A stretch of 64,000 nucleotides of DNA from Opitutaceae bacterium (GTDB taxonomy: Bacteria; Verrucomicrobiota; Verrucomicrobiia; Opitutales; Opitutaceae). Below are positions 33,516 to 43,001 of the stretch, one piece after another. The position numbers and the translations under genes are program-made. How positions within the stretch are numbered: position 1 is the first letter of the stretch; each line of letters starts with the position of its first letter. Below the pieces are notes generated by a model. It searched no databases. It was not told where the DNA came from and worked only from the letters and a program-made list of their open reading frames with translations. The DNA lies in contig JBBAVH010000025.1 of assembly GCA_040397825.1 (NCBI GenBank), forward strand, positions 6,633 to 70,632, given 5' to 3'.

Positions 33516-36500
33516 TCAGGCGAGGATGCGGCGGAGGCTCTCGAGGTCTAGGACCTTGGCGAGGGACTCCTCCTGCACGACGGCGGCGGCGAGGGAGGCC
33601 TTCTCCTGCTGGAGCGCGCGAATCTTCCGCTCGATGCTGTCGGCGGCGAGGAGGCGGTAGGCGATGACGGGCTTCGTCTGGCCGATGCGATGGGTGCGGT
33701 CGATGGCCTGGGCCTCGACCGCGGGGTTCCACCACGGGTCGTAGAGGATGGCGTAGCTGGCGGCGGTGAGGTTGAGGCCGAAGCCAGCGGCCTTGAGCGA
33801 GAGCAGGAAGACCGTGCGTGAGGGGTCGGTCTGGAATCGTTCCACGAGCTCCTGCCGGTTCTCGGATGCGCCGGTCAGCATCAGGTGGCCGATGCCCGCC
33901 TTATCCAGGCGGTCGCGGATGAGGCCGAGCATCTCGACGAACTGGCTGAACACGAGGACCTGGTGGCCCTCCTCGCGCAGTTCCTCCAGTCGCTCGATGA
34001 GCGCCTCGAGCTTGGCGCTCGGGAGATCCGCGTGCGCCGGGTCCACCAGGGCGGGGTGGCAGCAGATCTGGCGGAGACGCAGGAGGCTCGCGAGGATGTT
34101 GAAGCGTACCCGGTCGAGGGCGCGGGCGGTCTCGATCCCGAGGAGCTGGGCGCGCGCCCGCTTGAGCTCGGCGTCGTAGAGCCGGCGTTGCCCGGGCTCG
34201 AGGTCGACCACGATCTCGTCCTCGGTGCGCGGCGGCAGGTCGGGGGCGGCCTGCGCCTTGGTGCGCCGCAGCAGGAAGTGGCGCACGCGCCGGTGGAGCC
34301 GCCCGAGGGCGGCGGGATCGCGCTCGTTGAACTGGCGGCGGAAGGAGGCCTGGGAGCCGAGGAGCCCCGGTTGGGCGAAGGCGAAGAGGCTCCAGAGGTC
34401 GCTGAGGCGGTTCTCCACCGGCGTGCCCGTGAGGACGAGCCGGTGGCGGGCCGGGAGGGCGCGCGCGGCCGCCGCCACCTTGCTCGTGGGGTTCTTGATG
34501 AACTGGCCCTCGTCGAGCACGACGACGTCCCACGCCTTCGCCTTGAACCGATCGGCGTGGAGGCGCAGCTGGGCGTAGTTCGCGACCAGCAGGGCGGGTT
34601 CAGGAGCAGTTCCCTCCGGCGCCGGCGCAACCGGATCGAACGCCGCCACCCGCAGGCCCGGGGCGAAGCGCGCGGTCTCGGCCAGCCAGCCGTGAGTCAC
34701 GCTCTTCGGGCACACCACCAGCGCGCGGAAGCCGTCGGTGGCGCCGCCTCCGGACAGGTGCAGGAGCCAGGCGAGGGTCTGCACCGTCTTGCCGAGGCCC
34801 ATGTCGTCGGCGAGCACGCCGCCGAATCCCTGCGCGGCGAGGTGGGCGAGGAACTGGTACCCTTCGACCTGATACGGCCGCAGCGTCGCGGCGAGTCCCG
34901 CCGGCGGCGGTGGCGGCGGCCGGGCGGAGAGCTCGGCCAGCCGGCCCTTGAGTTCGGCGGCGAGCCGGGTGTCGCGGCCCTCGAGCGCCGCCGACTCCGC
35001 GGCGAGTTGCAGCGCGTGCACGCGGTGGGTCGCCTGGTTGCCCGACTCGAGCACGTCGTCCGCGGTGAGGCCCAGGCGGTCCAGGGTGGTGGCCGCGGCG
35101 TCGCCCGCCTCGGGGGCGGCGACCTCGAGGCGTTTCCAGCCGGACTTCGGGAGCCGCACCCACTTGCCGCGGGCCTTGAGGAGCAGCGCGATCTCCGCCG
35201 GCGTGAGCGTCGCGTCCTCTACGCGGTAGGCGATCGTGAGGTCGAACCAGTCGCGTCCGCCCTCGACCGGCTGCGCGGAGAAATCGATGGTGGCGCGCAC
35301 GGGGCCGTCGAAGAAGCCGGAGAGTTCCGGCGAGGCTGCCACGTCCACCTCGGGCGGAAGCGCCGCGACCCAGGCGGCGAATTCCTCGGGGAAGTTCCGG
35401 CCGGCGGGCCGGCTCCAGTCGGCCGTCCAGTCGCTCCAGAAGAGCCGGAAGCCGCCGAAGGTGGCGCCGACACGGTTGGCGGCTGAGAGATCGAACTCGA
35501 GGACGGGGTCCCCCGCGCGACGCGCGGGCGGGTTGTGCTCGGCGTCCCATTGCCAGCCGGAGTGCCCCCGCCACTCCTGCCGGCAGGGGGGATCCTCCGC
35601 GACGGCCAGCAGGCGCACGTGCAGGTCGGACTGGTCCTCGTAGATGAGCCCGCCTGCCTCGAGGCGGCACTCCAGCCTGGGCCGCATGGTGACGCGCCGC
35701 AGGTTGGATTGAACCTTATCCGGCAGGGTGACCTCAAGGCTGCGCAGGAGCCGGAGGATCAAGGGATCCTCGAGCGCCTGCACCGGCAGCACTCCTTCCG
35801 GCAAGGGAGGCGGCCCCCGCCTCACGCGCCCGTCGTGCAGGTAGAATGCCGGCTCGCTGCCCGTGAGGTAGTGCGCGCCCTCGGCGATCCGGCCGTCGGG
35901 AAGGACGAGCTCGATGCCGAACTGGGCGACTCCGCCATTTCGCGGCAGGAGCGCGGCCCGGAGTGCGCCGTCCTCGACCGCGAACGGCCGCTCGCCGGGC
36001 AGGATCAGCGCGGCATGGGTTTCCGGCGTCGCGATCATTTCCTCGAGGAGCTCCGGGGGCAGCGAATCCTTGGCGCCGAACGCCCCGGTGCGGACGACCG
36101 CGAGGGCCAGGGCGCGCGCGAGCGCGGCTTCGGCGGGGCTGAATTCCCGCAGCTGCACCGCCCGCAGGTACGGGAGCGAGCGGATGAAGGTGGCCGTCGC
36201 CGGCTTCCACGCGGCTTCCGCGCCCCGCCGGGTCTGGAGCCGCGCAGTACCGTCGTCCTGCAGGCTGACACGGAGGCCGGTGATGCCTTCCAGCGCGCCT
36301 CCCGGCGGTTGGCCGTAGGCGTGGCGCTCCGGCTCGGCCAGCCGCCGCAGTTGGAACTGCCAGCGGTTGACGGTCTCCTGGATCAGCTTCGACTCCAGCT
36401 TTGCCCTTACGGCGCCCGTGTTGGTCAGCGGCTGGAAAAGCTCGGGAATCGCCTCGCCGCGACGCTCGAGGTCGTAGGCCAGGTATTGCCAGAGCTCGAG

Positions 36501-37106
36501 CGGCGTCGCCGGCGGTTGCGCGTGGTTCCACCAGCCGTCGAGCACCGGTTCCCAGTCGGGGGCATTTTTCCGCAGGAACCAGCGAAAGCCCAAATCCTTC
36601 ACGGCTGATGCCAGGAGGCGGCCTTGGTGGCGGATGACGTCCCGGTGGAGCATCTCGAGCGCGGCGAGGGTGCGGAGCTCATCGTGGCGCAGCGACCGGC
36701 CCAGCTTGCCTTCGATGATTGGAGCGTGGACTTCGGCGAAGGCGCGCGGTTTCCCCGCCGGCGCGGAGTCTGCCCCGTCCTGAGCACCGGTGTTACGGTC
36801 GAGCCAGACGAGTGCCAGCGCGGCGGAGTGCCCGCAGATGGGGCCTTGATCGCATCCGCAGGCGGCGGACCATTGCCCGCGCGTGCAGAAGAGGGTGACG
36901 TCGAAGTCGTCCCCCGGGACGCCGACCCTCGCGTTCACGAGGTGCTCGATCGTACCGTTCGGATCACCCACCTGCCCCATCCGTTTGAACTCGGCGCCTG
37001 CCTTGGTGGCGTAGCGCGGCAGGCCGCGAAACCATGCCGTGAGGTTCTTGAACGCGTCGGGGGTCCGGTTTCCGGGAATGGCCGGAACCTTGGATTTTCT
37101 GGCCAC
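33516..37106 (-). CDS. SNF2-family helicase with N-terminal SWIM zinc finger
   Basis: Start reset to GTG 37106 just after the glyQS stop. CGC...CGH SWIM motif, LADDMGLGKT, DEGQ, TGTPVEN, QAIDRTHRIGQ. Confidence 0.93.
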   Translation of the reverse strand: MARKSKVPAIPGNRTPDAFKNLTAWFRGLPRYATKAGAEFKRMGQVGDPNGTIEHLVNARVGVPGDDFDVTLFCTRGQWSAACGCDQGPICGHSAALALVWLDRNTGAQDGADSAPAGKPRAFAEVHAPIIEGKLGRSLRHDELRTLAALEMLHRDVIRHQGRLLASAVKDLGFRWFLRKNAPDWEPVLDGWWNHAQPPATPLELWQYLAYDLERRGEAIPELFQPLTNTGAVRAKLESKLIQETVNRWQFQLRRLAEPERHAYGQPPGGALEGITGLRVSLQDDGTARLQTRRGAEAAWKPATATFIRSLPYLRAVQLREFSPAEAALARALALAVVRTGAFGAKDSLPPELLEEMIATPETHAALILPGERPFAVEDGALRAALLPRNGGVAQFGIELVLPDGRIAEGAHYLTGSEPAFYLHDGRVRRGPPPLPEGVLPVQALEDPLILRLLRSLEVTLPDKVQSNLRRVTMRPRLECRLEAGGLIYEDQSDLHVRLLAVAEDPPCRQEWRGHSGWQWDAEHNPPARRAGDPVLEFDLSAANRVGATFGGFRLFWSDWTADWSRPAGRNFPEEFAAWVAALPPEVDVAASPELSGFFDGPVRATIDFSAQPVEGGRDWFDLTIAYRVEDATLTPAEIALLLKARGKWVRLPKSGWKRLEVAAPEAGDAAATTLDRLGLTADDVLESGNQATHRVHALQLAAESAALEGRDTRLAAELKGRLAELSARPPPPPPAGLAATLRPYQVEGYQFLAHLAAQGFGGVLADDMGLGKTVQTLAWLLHLSGGGATDGFRALVVCPKSVTHGWLAETARFAPGLRVAAFDPVAPAPEGTAPEPALLVANYAQLRLHADRFKAKAWDVVVLDEGQFIKNPTSKVAAAARALPARHRLVLTGTPVENRLSDLWSLFAFAQPGLLGSQASFRRQFNERDPAALGRLHRRVRHFLLRRTKAQAAPDLPPRTEDEIVVDLEPGQRRLYDAELKRARAQLLGIETARALDRVRFNILASLLRLRQICCHPALVDPAHADLPSAKLEALIERLEELREEGHQVLVFSQFVEMLGLIRDRLDKAGIGHLMLTGASENRQELVERFQTDPSRTVFLLSLKAAGFGLNLTAASYAILYDPWWNPAVEAQAIDRTHRIGQTKPVIAYRLLAADSIERKIRALQQEKASLAAAVVQEESLAKVLDLESLRRILA

Positions 37107-37135
37107 GGTTCGGGCCGGCGGCTCGCGCCGGCTGT

Positions 37136-38662
37136 TCAATACACCTTCTCGTCCAGGAGCGCGATGAGCTCGGCCTCGGTGATGCGGCGCTGCTGCATCG
37201 AGTCGCGGTCGCGCAGCGTGAAGGTGCCGTCCTTCTCGATGGTGTCGAAGTCGATGGTGACGCACCACGGCGTGCCGATCTCGTCCTGACGGCGGTAGCG
37301 GCGGCCGATGGCGCCGGCCTCGTCGTAGAAGACCGCGTACCGGCGCTTGAGCCGGGCGTGGAGCTCGCGGGCGCGGGCGACGAGGGCCTCCTTGTTCTTC
37401 AACAGCGGGAGGACGGCGACCTTGATCGGCGCGACGCGGGGCGAGAGCCGCAGCACGGTGCGCTTCTCCACGTTGCCCTTCTCGTCCTTCACGTCCTCCT
37501 CCGCGTAGCCCGCGCAGAGCACGGCGAGGAGGATGCGGTCGACGCCCACGGCGGGCTCGATGACGTGCGGGACGACCTTCTGCTTGGTCGCCTCGTCGAA
37601 GTAGACCTGCGGCACGCCGGAGAACTTCTGGTGCTGCTGGAGGTCGTAGTCGCTGCGCGCGGCGATGCCCCAGAGCTCCTGCACCCCGAACGGGTACCGG
37701 AACATGATGTCGACCGTGCGGCGCGAGTAGAAGGCGAGCTTGGCCTTGGGGTGCTCGTGCAGCGAAAGGTGCGAATCGGGCAGGCCGATGCTCATCAGCC
37801 ATTCGCGGCACCACTTCAGCCATTCCTCATGGCAGGCGAGCCAGTCGGCGTCGGGGTGGATGAAGTACTCCATCTCCATCTGCTCGAACTCGCGCGAGCG
37901 GAAGATGAAGTTGCGCGGCGTGATCTCGTTGCGAAACGACTTCCCGATCTGGGCGATGCCGAAGGGCAGCTTCACCCGGCCGGTGTCGACGACGTTGCGG
38001 AAGTCGGCGAACATTCCTTGGGCCGTCTCGGGCCGCAGGTAGGCGACCGAGGCCGAGTCGCGCATCGGGCCGACGTGCGTCTCGAACATCATGTTGAACG
38101 CTCGCGGCTCCGTGAGGCTGCCGGGTTCGCCGGTGGCGGGCGACGGGATCAGCGCGATCTCCTCCGGCCGCGCCTCCGTCATGTCGCGCGGCTGCACCGG
38201 TGCGAGCGTGCCCTGGATCGCTTTCTTGCGTTTGAACGACTCGGCGGCCGCCTGCAGGTCCTCGGTCGTCTTCTCACTCTCGAGGGCGCTGACGTGGCCG
38301 ACCGTCTTACCGTCGACGACCACCGGGGCGAAGAACAGCTGGTCCGCCCGGTAGCGCTGCTTGCTGACCTTGCAGTCGACCAGCGGGTCGGTGAAGCCGG
38401 CGACGTGCCCGGAGGCCTCCCAGACCTTCGGGTGCATGATGATGGAGCTCTCGAGCCCCACGATGTCCTCGCGGCGGCGCACCATGTCGTTCCACCAGCA
38501 GTCGCGGATGTTTTTCTTCAGCTCCACGCCGAGCGGGCCGTAGTCGAAGAAGCCCGTGAGGCCGCCGTAGATCTCGGACGACTGGAAGATGAAGCCGCGA
38601 CGCTTCGCGAGCGCGACGATGGCATCCATGGACACGGCGGGGCTGGCGGATTCGGCTGACAT
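37136..38662 (-). CDS. glyQS: Glycine--tRNA ligase, homodimeric type
   Basis: [50 protein letters not shown] and [14 protein letters not shown] motifs. Confidence 0.97.
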   Translation of the reverse strand: MSAESASPAVSMDAIVALAKRRGFIFQSSEIYGGLTGFFDYGPLGVELKKNIRDCWWNDMVRRREDIVGLESSIIMHPKVWEASGHVAGFTDPLVDCKVSKQRYRADQLFFAPVVVDGKTVGHVSALESEKTTEDLQAAAESFKRKKAIQGTLAPVQPRDMTEARPEEIALIPSPATGEPGSLTEPRAFNMMFETHVGPMRDSASVAYLRPETAQGMFADFRNVVDTGRVKLPFGIAQIGKSFRNEITPRNFIFRSREFEQMEMEYFIHPDADWLACHEEWLKWCREWLMSIGLPDSHLSLHEHPKAKLAFYSRRTVDIMFRYPFGVQELWGIAARSDYDLQQHQKFSGVPQVYFDEATKQKVVPHVIEPAVGVDRILLAVLCAGYAEEDVKDEKGNVEKRTVLRLSPRVAPIKVAVLPLLKNKEALVARARELHARLKRRYAVFYDEAGAIGRRYRRQDEIGTPWCVTIDFDTIEKDGTFTLRDRDSMQQRRITEAELIALLDEKVY

Positions 38663-38905
38663 AAGGAGGTTCAGTCAGCCCCCGCGGCGGGGCGCGGTCA
38701 AGGGCGCGGGCGGCGATAGCGCCGGAACCACGCCTTCAGACCATCTAATTCGAAAGGGGACGGGGTTATCGCGTGGCCCGCGGCATCGCCCCCCGTCTCT
38801 GGGATTCCGCAGCAGGCTGCATCCTCCAAGAGAAAAGGAATGCGGGGGGCGGATCTCTCGCGGAAAGAGACGAGGCATCCCGTCCCGGCGCGACCGGAGT
38901 CCGGC

Positions 38906-39520
38906 TCAGGGTGGCAGCAATCCGGCGAGAACGGCGATCGCTTCCTGGCGCAGGGACAGAACGGCGCGCAGGTCGGATTGTGCCTGGAGAAGGCGGGACT
39001 CGGCCTGCTCGTGCACGTACCGGGCGCGGGCGAGGCGCGCCTTGACCTCGGCGTCGGGCAGGTTGTCCCGGATCGCGTAGCGCAGCGCGTCCTGCTCGGG
39101 GTTGGCGGAGCGCGATGCCTTCTTGCCCTTCTCGGCGATGATCGGGCCCGGTTTCCCGCCGGTGCTGCCCTTCCAAAGCGTGGCCCGGGCCTCGTTCACC
39201 CGGGTGATGCGCTCAAGGATCACCGCCCATTCGGCGTCGTCCTCGACGGAAAGTTGGCCGCGGAGTCGCTCAAGGCCGCGGGCGGCGGCCTCATCGGCCC
39301 GCGACTTCACTCCGCCCGTCGGGTCCTTGTCCGACCGCGCCGGTTTGCGCCCGGAGTCCTCGCCGGCCGGCAGCTCGCGGCGCAGGTCGCGCTTCTCCGC
39401 CTTGGCTTCGCCTTTCGCGGCGTAAGCCGCGGAGATTCCGGCCGCGAGCAGGATGGCCGCGGCCGCGATGCCGGCTAAGCCGGAGGGCGAACGGAAGGTG
39501 CCGTGGGTCGGGCGGCGCAT
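38906..39520 (-). CDS. Exported helical hypothetical protein
   Basis: Start reset to MRRPTHGTF. Hydrophobic LAGIAAAAILLAAGISA; helical C-terminus NPEQDALRYAIRDNLPDAEVKARL...LRAVLSLRQEAIAVLAGLL. Confidence 0.7.
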   Translation of the reverse strand: MRRPTHGTFRSPSGLAGIAAAAILLAAGISAAYAAKGEAKAEKRDLRRELPAGEDSGRKPARSDKDPTGGVKSRADEAAARGLERLRGQLSVEDDAEWAVILERITRVNEARATLWKGSTGGKPGPIIAEKGKKASRSANPEQDALRYAIRDNLPDAEVKARLARARYVHEQAESRLLQAQSDLRAVLSLRQEAIAVLAGLLPP

Positions 39521-39637
39521 GGCGATACGGGAACGCGAGGAAGACGTGCCGGCGGCCAATCCGTTACGGTCCGCGTCCGGGCACGCACCGGGAACAGCGG
39601 GATTGCGCCGTCCTAGTCCCGCGTGTGCCATGGCGCG

Positions 39638-40954
39638 ATGAAAGCCCGCAACCTCCTGGGAACCTTGCTGCTGCTTGCCGGTTCGGCCGTGGCTGCCGCG
39701 CCCGCCAAGCCCAACATCATCTTCATCCTCGCCGACGACTACGGTGTCGCCGAGGTGGGCTGCTATGGCGCCGACCACTACCGCACGCCGGGCATCGACC
39801 GGCTCGCCAAGGAAGGGGCTCGTTTCACGCGGGCCTTCACGGTGCCGCTGTGCGGGCCCTCGCGGGCCCAGATCATGACCGGGCGCTACGGGTTCCGCAC
39901 TGGAGCGTCCAATCAGGACGCGACCGGCCGGATGAAGCCGTCCGTCGAGATCATGATGCCGCGGGTGTTGAAGTCCGCCGGCTACATCACGTCCTGCATC
40001 GGCAAGTGGGGCCAGCTGCCGCTCGGCCCGGCCGACTTCGGCTTCGACCACCATGTGCGGATCCAGGGCAGCGGCGTGTATTGGAACACGCAGGACAAGG
40101 GGAAGGCCTACGTGGTCGACGGCACCTCGCGGCCGCTGCTCGACAAGGAATACATGCCCGACGTGCTGCAGCGTCACGCGCTGGACTTCATCGCGCGCCA
40201 TCGGGAACGGCCGTTCTACCTGTATTATTCCCTCTCGCACGTGCACTCGGAGATCCTGCCCACGCCCGACAGCGCGCCCGATTCCAAGGATCTCTACGCG
40301 GACAACGTGCGGTACATGGACAAGCTGGTGGGCGCCCTGATCGATGAGGTAGACCGGCTGGGCCTTAGGGAACGCACGCTGATCGTCTTCCTCGGCGATA
40401 ACGGCACCGGGGCGGCGCGCTACGAGCGGGCCACCATCGGGGGACGGACCCTCGCGGGCTCCAAGGGTTCGATGCAGGAAGGCGGCGGCATGGTCCCGAT
40501 GCTGGTGCGCTGGCCGGGCACGACCCCGGCGGGGCTGGTGGTCGACGACCTTGTCGACTCAAGCGACTTCTTCCCGACCTTCGCGGAATTGGCGGGGGCA
40601 TCCCTACCGGTGGGCAACGTGATCGACGGCCGTAGCCTGGCCGCCCGTTTCCGCGGGGGCAAGGGGCAGCCGCGCGAGTGGGTCTTCAATCAGCTCGCCC
40701 GCATGTGGTGGGTGCGTTCCGACCGCTGGAAGCTCAATCAGGCTGGCGAGTTCTTCGATCTAAGCGACGCGCCTTTCACGGAGAAGCTGGTCGCGCCGGC
40801 GGCGATGGGCCCGGAGGCCGCAGCCGCGCGCCGGCGGCTGCAGGCGGCTCTCGACCAGCTTAACCCGGCGGGTGGCATCCCCGACACCGGCGACCCCTCG
40901 GGCCGTCATGCGCGCAACGTCGAGCGCTCCAAGAAGGAGCGGCCGGAGCGCTGA
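39638..40954 (+). CDS. Sulfatase (Cys-type, arylsulfatase-like)
   Basis: PNIIFILADD, CGPSRA (CxPxR), GDNG motifs and a signal peptide. TTGCGC 35 nt upstream of ATG 39638. Confidence 0.93.
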   Translation: MKARNLLGTLLLLAGSAVAAAPAKPNIIFILADDYGVAEVGCYGADHYRTPGIDRLAKEGARFTRAFTVPLCGPSRAQIMTGRYGFRTGASNQDATGRMKPSVEIMMPRVLKSAGYITSCIGKWGQLPLGPADFGFDHHVRIQGSGVYWNTQDKGKAYVVDGTSRPLLDKEYMPDVLQRHALDFIARHRERPFYLYYSLSHVHSEILPTPDSAPDSKDLYADNVRYMDKLVGALIDEVDRLGLRERTLIVFLGDNGTGAARYERATIGGRTLAGSKGSMQEGGGMVPMLVRWPGTTPAGLVVDDLVDSSDFFPTFAELAGASLPVGNVIDGRSLAARFRGGKGQPREWVFNQLARMWWVRSDRWKLNQAGEFFDLSDAPFTEKLVAPAAMGPEAAAARRRLQAALDQLNPAGGIPDTGDPSGRHARNVERSKKERPER

Positions 40955-41277
40955 TCAGAGCGGACGTTCGTCCGTCACCTCATGCTGCGAACCGCGGGTC
41001 GTTTCGCGCGCATGGGCGACTGCCTCTGCGCGAGAATCCGCCCGCCGCGGTTGGGCGCAGGTTTGAGGTCGCGACTTCAACGGTGAACGGCCCGTTTCGA
41101 ACGGTATCGGCAGGGTCGGCCCGCCCCGATCGCTCGAGAGGCGTTCAGGGATCACTCAGGTCCGTCCGGCCGGGCGCCTGGTGACATCGAGCGGAACGCC
41201 GCTTACTCCAAGGAATGGGGCTCGTTCCGAGGGACGCTTGGAGGACCGATTTGCCCGTGGTCGGCCGGATGAATTTC

Positions 41278-41314
41278 GGAAAAGCAAGACGCCGGGCCTT
41301 GGGGGCCCGGCGTC
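41278..41314 (-). terminator. Rho-independent terminator of the Gfo/Idh/MocA gene
   Basis: 11-bp stem GACGCCGGGCC/GGCCCGGCGTC (41288-41314) followed on the minus strand by TTGCTTTTCC. Confidence 0.75.
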
Positions 41315-41337
41315 GTCATTCAGAAATGTCCTTCCGC

Positions 41338-42738
41338 TCAGACGCCGACCGCGTCGGGCTCCCAGCCGCGGCGGTAGGTCGGGTAGATGAGCTTGTTCAC
41401 GTCCTCACGGTCGGTGGTCATCTTCGCGGGATCGAACGTGAACTTGCCGCCGGCGAGGATGGCCATCGTGCCAAGGCATACCACCTCGGTGAAGGGCACC
41501 GAGTACTCGAAGTTGGATCCGGCGTGCGAGGGGTCGTTCTTGCGGATGGCCGCGATCCACTCCTTGTGCGGATTGTTTTCCGGCACGCGCGTCACCGTCT
41601 TCGGCGGCATCTTCCCGCCCTCGACGAGCTCCTTGTGCTTCGCCTCCGGGATGAAGCGGGGGCTGTTGCAGTAGTCGTTGCCGTCGTAGACCGTTCCCTT
41701 GCTGCCGATGATGAGTTGGCCGCCCTTGGCGAGCTGGCGGTTGTCCTGTTTTAGGCCGGCGGGCGTCTCCGGCTTCTCGCCGCCCTCCGACCACGTGAGC
41801 TTCACCGGCGGCAGCTTGCCGCGGGCGGGGAAGTTGAACTCGACCACCGCCGACTTCGGGAAGGCGACCGAGCTCTTCTGGTCGATCTTCTTCAGCTCCA
41901 CGGTCACGGAGGAGGACTGGGCCAACTCAAGGTTCCAGAACGCGGCGTCCATGATGTGGCACGCCATGTCGCCGAGGGCGCCGCAGCCGTAATCGATGAT
42001 GCCACGCCACTTGAACGGATGGATCTCGCCGCTGTAGGGACGCTCGGGCGCGCGGCCGAGGAAGAGGTTCTGGTCGAACCCTGGAGGCGGGGTGTCGGCC
42101 TTCGGCCACGTCTGCATGCCTTGCGGCCAGACGGGGCGGTTGGTCCAGATCTGGGCTTCGCGCACCTCACCGAGCAGGCCGGCCTGGAACCACTCGCGGA
42201 CCAGACGGATGCCCTCGCCGGCGTGGCCCTGGTTGCCCATCTGGCTGCAAACGCCGTTGAGCCGCGCGAGGCGGAGGAGTTCACGGGCCTCGCCCACGGT
42301 CTGGGTGAGGGGCTTCTGGATGTAGACGTGCTTGCCGAGCATCACCGCCATGTAAGCGGGCAGGAAGTGCATGTGGTCCGGGGTGGCCACGCCGACCGCG
42401 TCGATCTGGTCGTCCATCTCCAGCAGCATCTTCCGGAAATCGGTGTAGAATTTCGCCTTCGGGAAGGCGTCGCGGAGCTTCTTCACGTTGGGCCGCGTCG
42501 CGTCGATGTCGCACAGCGCCACGACCTCCTCGTCCTTCTGCGCCATGGCGTCGCTGAAGCCCTTGCCGCCGCAGCCGACCTGGGCGAAGCGCACCTTGGC
42601 GCCGGCGGCGATCGGGCGCGGTTTGCGGGGCTGCTTGGCCAGCGTGGTGCAGCCGGAGAAGCCGAGCGCGGCCGCGGCCAGCGCCGAGAAGCTGATGAAG
42701 TCGCGACGATTGAGGTAGGACGTGTCGATGGGGATCAT
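41338..42738 (-). CDS. Gfo/Idh/MocA oxidoreductase with Tat/lipoprotein-type signal
   Basis: NRRDFI Tat motif, FSGC lipobox-like motif, VGCGGKG, TPDHMH, YIQKP, GDMACH. Confidence 0.93.
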   Translation of the reverse strand: MIPIDTSYLNRRDFISFSALAAAALGFSGCTTLAKQPRKPRPIAAGAKVRFAQVGCGGKGFSDAMAQKDEEVVALCDIDATRPNVKKLRDAFPKAKFYTDFRKMLLEMDDQIDAVGVATPDHMHFLPAYMAVMLGKHVYIQKPLTQTVGEARELLRLARLNGVCSQMGNQGHAGEGIRLVREWFQAGLLGEVREAQIWTNRPVWPQGMQTWPKADTPPPGFDQNLFLGRAPERPYSGEIHPFKWRGIIDYGCGALGDMACHIMDAAFWNLELAQSSSVTVELKKIDQKSSVAFPKSAVVEFNFPARGKLPPVKLTWSEGGEKPETPAGLKQDNRQLAKGGQLIIGSKGTVYDGNDYCNSPRFIPEAKHKELVEGGKMPPKTVTRVPENNPHKEWIAAIRKNDPSHAGSNFEYSVPFTEVVCLGTMAILAGGKFTFDPAKMTTDREDVNKLIYPTYRRGWEPDAVGV

Positions 42739-43001
42739 GAGGTTGAATTAAGTCGTGGGGCAGACGCCGGGGATCGGCGCGGGGATACGGAGTTTCTTGC
42801 ACGGATTGCCCGGCGCAAGCCCGCACGCTGGGTCCGGGGCGAGCGGTTGGCGGGAGGGAAGACCGCGGAGGAACCCGACGGTGCACGGTTCGGACACCAT
42901 GCCCGGCGGGAGCCGTTTTCCGGCGGCGGGTCACGCGATCAGCAGGAATGCCTCGTCGAGGAAAGGGGTTTCGTGACACGATCCCTCCCTCTTCACCGAC
43001 C

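Noticed and set aside
33885-35486. 533-aa plus-strand ORF
   Set aside because: Antisense to the SNF2 helicase.
37107-37823. N-terminal 239-aa extension of the SNF2 ORF
   Set aside because: It runs off-frame through glyQS; the true start is likely GTG 37106.
38663-38905. Possible T-box leader of glyQS
   Set aside because: No T-box consensus or specifier loop seen; a TTGACC lies only 39 nt from the ATG.
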